A stretch of DNA of 64,000 nucleotides from an uncultured Oscillospiraceae bacterium (GTDB lineage: Bacteria > Bacillota > Clostridia > Oscillospirales > Acutalibacteraceae): positions 6,520 through 70,519 of the forward strand of contig UQQT01000007.1 in NCBI GenBank assembly GCA_900543395.1, read 5' to 3'. How positions within the stretch are numbered: position 1 is the stretch's first letter; every line of letters starts with the position of its first letter. The notes under the pieces were generated by a model that ran no database searches, was not told where the DNA came from, and saw only the letters and a program-made list of their open reading frames with translations. Positions 27,246-36,632 of this stretch are shown in pieces. The position numbers and the translations under genes are program-made.

Positions 27246-27250
27246 AAAAA

Positions 27251-27778
27251 ATGAATAGCAAAAAAAACACAAAAAAAACCGTTTTGTTTTTAACGCAGGC
27301 GGGCGTTATCGCCGCGATGTACGTGGCTTTGACGTATCTGTCCGCCGCGGCCGGACTCGCATTTAACGCCGTACAGTTCAGACTGTCGGAAATAATGTGC
27401 GTGTTCGCGCTGTATACTCCTGCGGCAATACCGGGACTTACGATAGGCTGTATTATATCAAACCTGTCGAGTACACTCGGGTGGATCGACATTATCGCGG
27501 GAAGCTTGGCTACCCTGCTTGCCGCGGTATGTATCTATTTTACGCCTAAGTTAAAAATAAAAAAATTTCCGATTTCGGTTCCGCTTTTCAGCGCGCTGTT
27601 TAATGCGGTTATTGTCGGACTTGAAATCTGGTATCTCGACCCTTCGAGAACCGCTCAGCTGTTTTTTATTTCCGCTCTCGAAGTGGCGGCGGGCGAAATT
27701 GTCGTCTGTTCAATAGGCGCGCTTCTTTTACCTCCGCTGATCAAACGGACTAAAATATTCGAAAAATATCATTTTTAA
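27251..27778 (+). CDS. queT: Queuosine-precursor transporter QueT
   Basis: 175-aa multi-TM protein matching the QueT/DUF988 family, in a riboswitch-leader context. Confidence 0.75.
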   Translation: MNSKKNTKKTVLFLTQAGVIAAMYVALTYLSAAAGLAFNAVQFRLSEIMCVFALYTPAAIPGLTIGCIISNLSSTLGWIDIIAGSLATLLAAVCIYFTPKLKIKKFPISVPLFSALFNAVIVGLEIWYLDPSRTAQLFFISALEVAAGEIVVCSIGALLLPPLIKRTKIFEKYHF

Positions 27779-27811
27779 AATATACAATTTTCAGAGAAAG
27801 GATGACCGACT

Positions 27812-28486
27812 GTGAAAAAAATTATAGTTGCCGACGACGAGGAATTATTGAGAAACCTCGTATGCGATTATCTTACGAGAGAGGGTTATCAGCCCATCCC
27901 CGCAATGGACGGAGAAGAAGCTCTCTCGCTTTTTAACGAAAACCCCGACACAGTTCTGCTGATTCTCGACATTATGATGCCGAACATCGACGGCTGGGAG
28001 GTTTGCAGAAAGATAAGGGAAACGTCATCCGTTCCCATTATTATGCTCACCGCAAGAAATCAGGAGTTCGACGAATTAACCGGATTTGACGCAGGCGCGG
28101 ACGATTATGTTACAAAGCCGTGCAGTCCGTCCGTACTTATGAAACGCGTCGCCGCACTGCTGAAAAGAGAAAATGCAGTTAATAATTCCAATATATTTAC
28201 TCTCGATAACTTAAAACTCGACGCTTCGGCTCACGAGGTCAGACTTGACGGCAAACCCGTAACGCTGACGCTTAAAGAGTACAGTATTTTATTAAAATTC
28301 CTTACCGCGCAGAGCCGTGTATTCTCAAGAGAACAGCTTCTCGACGATATTTGGGGCTATGATTTCGACGGAGATATGCGAACCGTCGACTCTCATGTTG
28401 CAAGACTGCGCACAAAGCTCGGCGAGTGGGGATCAAAACATATAAAAACCATTTACGGCACAGGATATAAAATCGAGGGCGACTGA
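27812..28486 (+). CDS. OmpR-family response regulator
   Basis: Receiver 'IIVADDEELL...LILDIMMPNIDG' and a winged-helix C-terminal domain. GTG start. Confidence 0.9.
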   Translation: MKKIIVADDEELLRNLVCDYLTREGYQPIPAMDGEEALSLFNENPDTVLLILDIMMPNIDGWEVCRKIRETSSVPIIMLTARNQEFDELTGFDAGADDYVTKPCSPSVLMKRVAALLKRENAVNNSNIFTLDNLKLDASAHEVRLDGKPVTLTLKEYSILLKFLTAQSRVFSREQLLDDIWGYDFDGDMRTVDSHVARLRTKLGEWGSKHIKTIYGTGYKIEGD

Positions 28487-28488
28487 TA

Positions 28489-30033
28489 ATGAGCCGAAAA
28501 AAAATTCGCAAACGCAAACCGACTATAAACAGAAAACTCAACAGAAGTATTTCGATTATCGTTCTTATCTTTCTTGTCGGAATAATATACGCTTCATATA
28601 AGAGCATAGATATTATTTATATGCTCAACGCGGGCGTTATTTCATGGCAGGGTGCGGATGAGGTCGACGCTTTGTATTCAAGCACAAACCTTGATGACTT
28701 TACAAAAAATCTCGACAATATTGAACAGACGCACGAAGTCAAGATTGAAATTTTCAACAAGAACGGCAAGCTCGTTTACTCCACAGCGTATAACGGCGTA
28801 CAGGGCAGCCCGCCTTACGACGATGCAGACGCAATTCCGGACGAGTACATACGTCACTATACGACAACGGATATCGATACATACAACACAAACAACGGAT
28901 ATCATTTCGAAACTCAAAGGGACGAGGAAACGGGAATCGACTATCTTGTTTTTGTCAAAACTGCAGCGAGCGGAGATACCATCAAGGTTTATAAACAAAA
29001 GAGCGCATTCGACCAGTCGGCTAAGCTTGCGTTTATATTTATATCGGTTTTATGCACGGTCTCTCTTTTTGCAATCATGCTTACAACGTTTACTTATCTG
29101 AGGAAATTCACAAAACCTCTGATAAAGATGAACAACGTTACGAAACGAATTGCAAACCTCGATTTCTCACAGAAGTGTCCGCAGAGCAACGTTCTTGAAA
29201 TTTCACAGCTTGCCGAAAGTATAAACGAAATGTCGGATTCGCTTGAAAATTCGCTTATCGATATTCGGAACAAGAACGAAAAACTCCAGAAAGACATCGA
29301 AAACGAAAGAACCATAGATCAGTTGAGAGAGGTATTTATCTCGGGTATATCGCATGAGCTTAAAACGCCGATTGCGATTATACAGGGTTACGCCGAGGGA
29401 CTCGAATACTATCTTGACAACGACCCCGAAATGGCTAAAAAATACTGCCGTACAATCATCGACGAAACGGGCAGAATGAACGATCTGACGATGAAGCTTC
29501 TTGATATAACAAAATACGAGTCGGGCGCGTATCAGCTGATGTACGAAAACTTCAATTTAAAACAGCTTATAGGCGAATGGTTCGACAGAAATTCAAAAAT
29601 TCTTAAAGATAAGGGTATTTCGACAAGCAACGAAATAAACGAAAGCTTCATTGCCCGCGGTGATTCGTTCATTTTATCAACCGTCGTTAACAATTATCTT
29701 TCGAACGCTGTTTCACACGTAAAAAATGAAAACATAATTTCCGCTTCGGCAGAAGATTTCGGCGACAAATACAGAGTCTATATTTATAATACCGGCGACA
29801 ATATCGCTCAAAAGGATATAGATAAGATTTGGAACAGCTTTTACCGCGCGGATAAATCACTCTCCCGCTCGCAGGGACGTTTCGGACTCGGACTCGCAAT
29901 CGTAGCCGCGATTCAAAAGCTTCACGGTCACGCCTACGGAGTCGAAAACATGCCCGACGGCGTTCGTTTCTGGTTCGACGTTTCAAAGGGCGAAAAAGAA
30001 AACGACGAAAATTTCGCCGAAGAAAAACCTTAA
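28489..30033 (+). CDS. Sensor histidine kinase
   Basis: N-terminal TM, HAMP, H-box 'GISHELKTP' and a HATPase_c domain. Confidence 0.9.
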   Translation: MSRKKIRKRKPTINRKLNRSISIIVLIFLVGIIYASYKSIDIIYMLNAGVISWQGADEVDALYSSTNLDDFTKNLDNIEQTHEVKIEIFNKNGKLVYSTAYNGVQGSPPYDDADAIPDEYIRHYTTTDIDTYNTNNGYHFETQRDEETGIDYLVFVKTAASGDTIKVYKQKSAFDQSAKLAFIFISVLCTVSLFAIMLTTFTYLRKFTKPLIKMNNVTKRIANLDFSQKCPQSNVLEISQLAESINEMSDSLENSLIDIRNKNEKLQKDIENERTIDQLREVFISGISHELKTPIAIIQGYAEGLEYYLDNDPEMAKKYCRTIIDETGRMNDLTMKLLDITKYESGAYQLMYENFNLKQLIGEWFDRNSKILKDKGISTSNEINESFIARGDSFILSTVVNNYLSNAVSHVKNENIISASAEDFGDKYRVYIYNTGDNIAQKDIDKIWNSFYRADKSLSRSQGRFGLGLAIVAAIQKLHGHAYGVENMPDGVRFWFDVSKGEKENDENFAEEKP

Positions 30034-30044
30034 ACATTTTTATT

Positions 30045-30082
30045 AAAAAAGACTCAATCCGCCAGGGACTGAGTCTTTTTTT
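30045..30082. terminator. Terminator hairpin shared by the HK operon and tRNA-Leu
   Basis: 'gactcaatccgccagggactgagtc' followed by T7, with an A6 run upstream. Confidence 0.6.
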
Positions 30083-30088
30083 GTATCT

Positions 30089-30172
30089 TGGTGCGGGTAA
30101 CAGGGGTCGAACCTGCATGCCGTCGGCACAGGAACCTAAATCCTGCGTGTCTGCCAATTCCACCATACCCGC
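30089..30172 (-). tRNA. tRNA-Leu (UAG), long variable arm
   Basis: Reverse complement GCGGGTATGGTGGAATTGGCAGACACGCAGGATTTAGGTTCCTGTGCCGACGGCATGCAGGTTCGACCCCTGTTACCCGCACCA. 84 nt, anticodon loop ATTTAGG, class II variable arm. Confidence 0.9.
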
Positions 30173-30208
30173 ACAACGTTATTATATTATATCAAATAAC
30201 GTAAAATG

Positions 30209-30940
30209 TCAACCGTCATTTTCTTTGTCCGAAGTCTTTTTATCTCCGGCGTTAACGTCCGTAACGGGGAAAGTTACCGTTTCGTCGGTCACATTGAAGT
30301 TTTCGGCGGTGACATTCGAACTTATGACGGGGATATTTGTATTAAGTCCGGCAGAATCCGTATTCACAGCAAAAGCCGACGCATTATTTTTTTCGTTCAG
30401 AACTTCCGCGCCGTATTTGCACACAAACGACATGAATATAAACATTACGCCTATTATCATACATTCGGAATTGTTTATATTTTCGGTCTTTACGCCCGAC
30501 ATAACGCTTGCGGTAATCATATTGGCTATATTTGCAATCAATTGCGTTCCGAAAGAAACACAAAGAGTTATTATTCCGAATTTCAGCATCTGATCTGCGC
30601 CGTCAACTGTAAACGGAGTTCCGTCGTTCAGTTCGCGTTTAAAATAATTCAAAGCGGTTTTTGACATGAAAATACCGCCCGCAGTTGAAATCATGCCTGT
30701 TATTGCAGCGGAATATAAAGAGGCTACACTGACATCCGCCGCTTTTTCAAGCAAAGAAGCGATATCCGTGCCGTCTATGGTTAAAGATGTAATTCCCCAA
30801 AGCATTGCAACCAGTCCCAATATAAAAACACAAAATAAAACTATATTAAATACAAAGGCAATTTTGCTCAAAATCTTTCCGATTTTTGATAACGTCTGAA
30901 TTGTTTTAAGGGATTTATTCACAGTACATCTTCCTCTCAA
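30209..30940 (-). CDS. Hypothetical multi-TM membrane protein
   Basis: 243 aa with about four to five TM segments and an acidic/Thr-rich C-terminus. Confidence 0.5.
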   Translation of the reverse strand: MRGRCTVNKSLKTIQTLSKIGKILSKIAFVFNIVLFCVFILGLVAMLWGITSLTIDGTDIASLLEKAADVSVASLYSAAITGMISTAGGIFMSKTALNYFKRELNDGTPFTVDGADQMLKFGIITLCVSFGTQLIANIANMITASVMSGVKTENINNSECMIIGVMFIFMSFVCKYGAEVLNEKNNASAFAVNTDSAGLNTNIPVISSNVTAENFNVTDETVTFPVTDVNAGDKKTSDKENDG

Positions 30941-31140
30941 GTATTCCGGGCAGTGAATTCACACCGCACGGAATCGGGCATTTTATTTAAGTTTATTACC
31001 GTCCGCAAAAGCCGTACCGGCTTAGCTCCGAAATTTTTTCTCATAATTAATTACTGCTAAATTTTATTTATAAAAAACCGCGACCCCGAAAGTTCGTCGG
31101 AATCGCAGTTTTCTGCGGGAATTACCGCAATCCCCGTATT

Positions 31141-32442
31141 TTAATATTTAGTTTTATCGTCTTTTCTCCAGAACTGAGGAAGATACTCCATGTGAGCCTG
31201 TTTCATCTCATAGTAGCACTTAAACGCTCTGTCGTAGTCTCCGACAAGAGGGTGAATCATCAGTGCGTTGAGAGCCGCCTCATCGTCGCCGTTCATAGCC
31301 GCGATAACGGTGTACTTCTCATACTCCTTAACGACCTTCATAAGCCCCTCCATATGTCTTGTCCACGTATGGCTTACGGGTACGGGCTTTGCTCCGTCCT
31401 TGCCGATAACAGCCGCAATCTCGACTACATCGTCGTCATCCATAAACGGAAGAGTACCGTTATTAAGAATATTGACAACGTGAACATCGTTCTTGTCGTT
31501 TGCTATCGAATCTATAAGCGAGCAAGCCGCAAGCGAATACTTATGTCCGCCTCTCTTATCAAGAAGCGCGGGCTTTACGCAAAGCTCTTCATCCTGATAC
31601 ATTTTAAGAAGCTGCTCCTCAATCTCCATACAAACCTGTGCACGGCACTTGAGATCCTCTTTAAGATGCTTAACCTTAGCGTCTCTGCAATAGTAATACT
31701 GTAAATATGATGACGGAATACCGCCGACAGCTTTAAGGCACTCAACGTCAAAACCGTCGTCGTGAATGTTAGCCATAACCTTGGGAGCGTAGCCCTCGTC
31801 GAACAGATCGTAAAGGCACTCCTTGCCGTCCTTTTTTACGGAGGTAATCCAGCTTAAATGGTTGAGTCCGAGATATGTAATCTCTGCGTCCTGACCGACA
31901 GCCTCTTTAGCGTCGTCTATCATATCGATGGGAACGTTGCACAGACCCATGCACTTAACTTTTGTATTGTTAAGAACGAAGTCGGTAACGATACCCGAGG
32001 GATTCGTAAAATTAATAAGCCAAGCGTCGGGGCAAATCTCCTCCATCTTTTTGCAGATGTTTCCGATAACGGGGATGGTTCTCAACGCCTTAAAGAATCC
32101 GCCGATACCCGTAGTTTCCTGTCCGATAAGACCGTACTTAATGGGTATGGTTTCGTCGAGATAACGGCAGTGAAGCTTGCCGACTCTTATCTGAGTAACG
32201 ACGAAATCCGCGCCGGCAAGAGACGCGTCGAGATCATCGGTCATGATAACTTCCGTATCCATACCCGCTTTTTTAATCATTCTCTCGCAGAGGCTTCCGA
32301 CGATAGTTCTCTTTCTGTCGTCAATGTCCATTAATACAAGTCTCTTGATTTTGAGAGACTCCTGTCTTTTAATGAAGCCGTCAACAAGCTCGGGACAATA
32401 CGTACTTCCCGAACCGATAACGGTTACATTAATTTCTTTCAT
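31141..32442 (-). CDS. GH4 6-phospho-beta-glucosidase (CelF/ChbF-like, NAD/Mn-dependent)
   Basis: 'MKEINVTVIGSGSTYCPELVDGFIKR...TQIRVG...GQETTGIGG...RTIPVI...WLINFTNPSG' is close to CelF. Start set at the ATG preceded by an AAAGGA SD. Confidence 0.9.
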   Translation of the reverse strand: MKEINVTVIGSGSTYCPELVDGFIKRQESLKIKRLVLMDIDDRKRTIVGSLCERMIKKAGMDTEVIMTDDLDASLAGADFVVTQIRVGKLHCRYLDETIPIKYGLIGQETTGIGGFFKALRTIPVIGNICKKMEEICPDAWLINFTNPSGIVTDFVLNNTKVKCMGLCNVPIDMIDDAKEAVGQDAEITYLGLNHLSWITSVKKDGKECLYDLFDEGYAPKVMANIHDDGFDVECLKAVGGIPSSYLQYYYCRDAKVKHLKEDLKCRAQVCMEIEEQLLKMYQDEELCVKPALLDKRGGHKYSLAACSLIDSIANDKNDVHVVNILNNGTLPFMDDDDVVEIAAVIGKDGAKPVPVSHTWTRHMEGLMKVVKEYEKYTVIAAMNGDDEAALNALMIHPLVGDYDRAFKCYYEMKQAHMEYLPQFWRKDDKTKY

Positions 32443-32475
32443 ATATATCAATCCTTTCGAATATTTTTGCCTGCA

Positions 32476-33414
32476 TTATTCCCTTTCCAGAAGCCAGTTG
32501 ATACATCCGGTAACGGGCGCGGCGTTAAGCTTAATAAAGTTAAGCTTTCTGCCCGACTTTGCCTCGCACTTCTCCTTCAGGGCGTTTACGTAAATATCGT
32601 TGGGGAGCTTTACATGCATTGAACCGGAGAGAATAACATTTACGACATCGGTATCAAACACCTGCTGTTTTAAATGCGCGCAGATAAAATCCGAACCCGT
32701 TTGAGCCATTTCGTCGATAACTTTTAATACGGGTTTATCGCCCATAAACGAAGCCTCGAAGAATATATCGGTAAGTCCTCTGCAAATCTCGTCCTTAGTA
32801 TTCTCGTTTTCGAATTTAGGGATAATCGAGAGAACTCCGTCCTTATCGTTAACGCCGAATTTCTCAAAGAAAAGCTTTGTAAGAAGCGATTTCTGCGCCT
32901 GTAATACAACGTCAAAATAAACTATTCTGAACGCGCGTTCGGCTATCCAGTATCCGTTTCCGCTGTCGCCGGAAAGCTCGCCGAAGCCGCCGACCTGGAG
33001 CATATTTCCTCTCGAATCAATTGAGTTACAGCAAGTACCCGTTCCGCAGTTGTAGCCTATGCCGGTTCCGTCGGGCGAACCCGCCTTTGTCACAATAAAA
33101 CCGTCGTTGTAAATTTCAAAATTTTTAAGACCCTGATTCGAAAGAATCGAGAACATAGCGTCATGCTGAAACTGATGATCGATACCCGCAAGCCCCATAA
33201 GGATTCCGTCTATATCGCTGAGCTTCAGCTTATTTTCCAAAAGAAGATTTGTGATACCCTCCATAAGGATATCACATGCCTCCTCGAACGAACCTTCTAA
33301 ATTCTCGTGATTGCTTCCCTTTGTCTTAACAACGGAAAGCATATTTTTATTTTCGTCAAACAATGCATATGCGGTTTTTGTTCCGCCTCCGTCGACGCCT
33401 ATATAATAACTCAT
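32476..33414 (-). CDS. BadF/BadG/BcrA/BcrD-type ATPase (N-acetylglucosamine kinase-like)
   Basis: N-terminal 'YYIGVDGGGTKTAYALFDE' matches the GlcNAc kinase/BadF family. Confidence 0.7.
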   Translation of the reverse strand: MSYYIGVDGGGTKTAYALFDENKNMLSVVKTKGSNHENLEGSFEEACDILMEGITNLLLENKLKLSDIDGILMGLAGIDHQFQHDAMFSILSNQGLKNFEIYNDGFIVTKAGSPDGTGIGYNCGTGTCCNSIDSRGNMLQVGGFGELSGDSGNGYWIAERAFRIVYFDVVLQAQKSLLTKLFFEKFGVNDKDGVLSIIPKFENENTKDEICRGLTDIFFEASFMGDKPVLKVIDEMAQTGSDFICAHLKQQVFDTDVVNVILSGSMHVKLPNDIYVNALKEKCEAKSGRKLNFIKLNAAPVTGCINWLLERE

Positions 33415-33430
33415 TTATTATCCTCCGAAA

Positions 33431-34687
33431 TTAAAAGCATTCTTCGCAGATATCGTCAAGACAGATATCGTTTCTGTCAAAGTCGTTATCTCTGCTTATC
33501 CACATTCCGTTCGTAAAGTCAGGAAATGCGACCGCCGTACCGCCTAAAGCAACGCTCTGCTCGGAAAGCGCGGTAATAACCATCCATGTTGCGGTGTCTA
33601 TCGTATCAATGGGGGGCTTCGTTTCATTCATAATACTGTCTGCAAAAGCGAGAAGAATAAGATAATCCATTCCGCCGTGACCCGCTTTAATTTTCTCCGC
33701 GTCGTATTTCTTCCAAAGCGGATGGAGATATTTGTCCGCATATTTCTCGTTGAAATCCTCCCACTTGTGCTGCGGGGAAACTCCGTCGATATATATACTG
33801 CCGTTTCCGTCGTCGGGAGCTTCTTTAAACACGGCTTTTGTACCCTGAACCGTATATTCGCGCGAATACGGCCTCGGGAGTGAGCAGTCGTGATTGATCG
33901 TCACTGTTTCGCCGTTTGCGCATTTAAGAATGGTCGTAACAACATCTCCGCACTTAAAATCATATCCGTAAAGGTCGTAGTCCTCACCCTTTACATTCTT
34001 AATCCATTCATTAAGACCTCTCTGCTTACTTGCAACGGAAACAAGAGAAACGAATCTGTTTCCTTTATTAATTTTAAGAAGCTTTGCGATAGGTCCTATC
34101 TCATGTGTGGGGTAAAGCTCGCCGTTCCTGTGCATGAAGTTAACGAGTCTGCCGTGCTTGTTTTCTCTGCCTAAAACGATTTCGTCTCTTAAATCGTGAC
34201 GGTAACCGCCCTCGCAGTGAACGATCTCACCGAAAATACCTTGCTTGACCATGTTATAAACTGCCATTTCTTTTCGGTCATAACAGCAGTTCTCCATGAG
34301 CATACAGAACCTGCCTGTCTCCTGTGAGGCTCTGACAAGCGACCGACATTCCTCAATCGAAGCCGCACCGCCGACCTCAACGCCGACGTTTACTCCCGCT
34401 TTCATACAATCGACAGAAATAGGAATATGTGTAATCCATGTAGTTGCAACATATACGCCGTCAAGCTCTTCGATTTCGAGCATTTCATGATAGTCAGTGT
34501 ACGCGTGAACGTCGTATCCCTCTGCACAGCGGGCTTTCGCGGTTTTCAGTCCCGCGTCAAGCCTCTCCTCTATAACGTCGCACACGGCAACGACATGAAC
34601 GCCCGGAACGTTCATGAGAACCTCCATCATACTGTGACCGCGTCCGCCCAGACCGATAACAGCCATTCTGCATGAATCTTTTTTCAT
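33431..34687 (-). CDS. Gfo/Idh/MocA-family NAD-dependent oxidoreductase (GH109-like size)
   Basis: Rossmann 'MAVIGLGGRGHSMMEVL...VVAVCDV' and a 418-aa length. Confidence 0.75.
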   Translation of the reverse strand: MKKDSCRMAVIGLGGRGHSMMEVLMNVPGVHVVAVCDVIEERLDAGLKTAKARCAEGYDVHAYTDYHEMLEIEELDGVYVATTWITHIPISVDCMKAGVNVGVEVGGAASIEECRSLVRASQETGRFCMLMENCCYDRKEMAVYNMVKQGIFGEIVHCEGGYRHDLRDEIVLGRENKHGRLVNFMHRNGELYPTHEIGPIAKLLKINKGNRFVSLVSVASKQRGLNEWIKNVKGEDYDLYGYDFKCGDVVTTILKCANGETVTINHDCSLPRPYSREYTVQGTKAVFKEAPDDGNGSIYIDGVSPQHKWEDFNEKYADKYLHPLWKKYDAEKIKAGHGGMDYLILLAFADSIMNETKPPIDTIDTATWMVITALSEQSVALGGTAVAFPDFTNGMWISRDNDFDRNDICLDDICEECF

Positions 34688-34713
34688 AATTTACAATATC
34701 CTCCGAACTTTTA

Positions 34714-35544
34714 TTACCAGCCTATTTTTTTAAGATATTCTCTGCTCATTTTCGCCGCGTTCATGGGAGTGTTTCCTTTGTCGGGCTGATCCTGTTCAAC
34801 TACAACCCACTCTGCGCCCGCTTTAACGGAAGCGTCGAGAATCGAGGGCATGTCCTGTACGCCGTAACCTACGGGCTTGAAGCTGAATGCATCCTCGTCC
34901 TCTTTTTCGCCCGATTCATCGTCGATACCGATAAGGTCGTACAGTTTCTTAGGCTTGTCCTTGCCTTTCATAACAAAATCTTTAAGATGAACGACGGGAG
35001 CTCTGCCGGAATATTTTAGAACGAAATTCGCAGGATCCTCGCCTCCGACATTTACCCAGCAAACGTCAAGCTCTGTCTTTAAAAGGTCAGCGCTTACAAG
35101 TCTGTAAAGCATGTCAAGACCATATTCACCGTCGATTTTCTTGAATTCGAAATCGTGATTGTGATAAAGCAGAGTCATATCGTTTTTATTACACTCTTCG
35201 CCTATCTTCTTAATGTATTCTACGGTTTCGTCAAATTTTTCCGCGCCGGGTCTGCGTTCCTCGGTAACGTACGGAACGGCGATATATTCGCATCCTATTT
35301 CCTTATACGCCTTAACAGTACCCTCAATGTCCGCGATCATATCGTCAAGAGGTACGTGAGCCGAAATAGGGGTAATTCCGATACGCTCGCACTCTTTTTT
35401 GATTTGAGCGGGCGAATGTCCGAAAAGTCCGGCAAATTCAACGCCCTGATATCCCATTTCCTTTATTTTTTCAAGAGTGCCGAAGAAATCCTTTTCAGCC
35501 TCGTCACGTACCGAATAAAACTGCAATGCAACAGGTAAAGCCAT
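34714..35544 (-). CDS. Sugar phosphate isomerase/epimerase (xylose-isomerase-like TIM barrel)
   Basis: 'LQFYSVRDEAEKDFFGTLEKIKEMGYQGVEFAGLFG'. Start set at the Met with a GGAGG SD 7 nt upstream. The track ORF extends to 35589. Confidence 0.8.
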   Translation of the reverse strand: MALPVALQFYSVRDEAEKDFFGTLEKIKEMGYQGVEFAGLFGHSPAQIKKECERIGITPISAHVPLDDMIADIEGTVKAYKEIGCEYIAVPYVTEERRPGAEKFDETVEYIKKIGEECNKNDMTLLYHNHDFEFKKIDGEYGLDMLYRLVSADLLKTELDVCWVNVGGEDPANFVLKYSGRAPVVHLKDFVMKGKDKPKKLYDLIGIDDESGEKEDEDAFSFKPVGYGVQDMPSILDASVKAGAEWVVVEQDQPDKGNTPMNAAKMSREYLKKIGW

Positions 35545-35620
35545 ATTAGCCCCTCCAAATTTAAAATTTCCGCAAATATTATACATCAAACAAAAAATTA
35601 CTGCAACAAATATTTAATAA

Positions 35621-36478
35621 TTATATTATTTTATTTATAAGAGTGCACTGACGGGAATGTTCCGTACTTAATTTATGCTCGACGGCAGCAATACGTATCA
35701 TATTTTTAACGGTCAGATCTATTCCCGAATTCTCGGTATAATCGGTCGGATAAATATAGTCGACCCTGTCATGATACAAAAGATCGTCAACAAGTCTCTT
35801 TCCCGCGTCGTCCTTATATACGGCAATGGAATGTCCGCCGTACGCTTTAACCATCTTCATACACGGAACATCCGAGAGTCCGTCGCCTATGTAGAGCATA
35901 TTCTGAAACGGTACTCTCCTGTCGCTTTCGAGCGTGGAACGGTTTAAATCATAATCGTTCGATACGTCAAAAACGCCCTTGTTGATTCTGTAAACGAACT
36001 GTGTTTTGGACGTGTAATTTACGACCGATTTTGAAAAAACCGCGTTTCCCGAGTCGTCATATAAAAACTCGCTTGCATATATCTGCTTAAAACACTTTCC
36101 GATAGCAGAACCCTCGATTATCTCTTTAAGTCCCGATGAAAGGACGTAATGCTCGACCTGTACGCCGTGATCTTCTCCGAATTTATTAAGACGGCTGAAC
36201 CACTCTGCGACTCCCGGAAAAAGCTCAATATTTTTACCGCACCCGACTATTTTATCTCTCGTCAGACCGAGCCCCAATTCCCTTGATTTTTTTATCATTA
36301 TATACATGTAAGCGTTTATTTTATCCATATTATGCTCATACGCATAGTTGTTTGCAACACTCCAGAAATCCTCGGCTTTCATTCCGAGCGACGGAATAAA
36401 CTGATATTCCTGCATATCCTTGGGACACAAAGTTCTGTCAAAGTCGTACATTACGGCAAAAATAGGCTTACTGCTCAC
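35621..36478 (-). CDS. HAD-superfamily hydrolase (subfamily IB-like)
   Basis: Motif I 'MYDFDRTL' and motif IV 'YIGDGLSD'. Confidence 0.6.
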   Translation of the reverse strand: MSSKPIFAVMYDFDRTLCPKDMQEYQFIPSLGMKAEDFWSVANNYAYEHNMDKINAYMYIMIKKSRELGLGLTRDKIVGCGKNIELFPGVAEWFSRLNKFGEDHGVQVEHYVLSSGLKEIIEGSAIGKCFKQIYASEFLYDDSGNAVFSKSVVNYTSKTQFVYRINKGVFDVSNDYDLNRSTLESDRRVPFQNMLYIGDGLSDVPCMKMVKAYGGHSIAVYKDDAGKRLVDDLLYHDRVDYIYPTDYTENSGIDLTVKNMIRIAAVEHKLSTEHSRQCTLINKII

Positions 36479-36632
36479 AGTATATCAACTCCTTTTTCTT
36501 AATTTTAACAAATATAAAAATACATATCAAGTTTAAAATGTAAATTTACACGAAATCAATTGACATACGCATAAAAAAAATATAGAATATAAAAGCACTT
36601 TTATTTTTCTTCAACACTTCGGAGGTATATGT

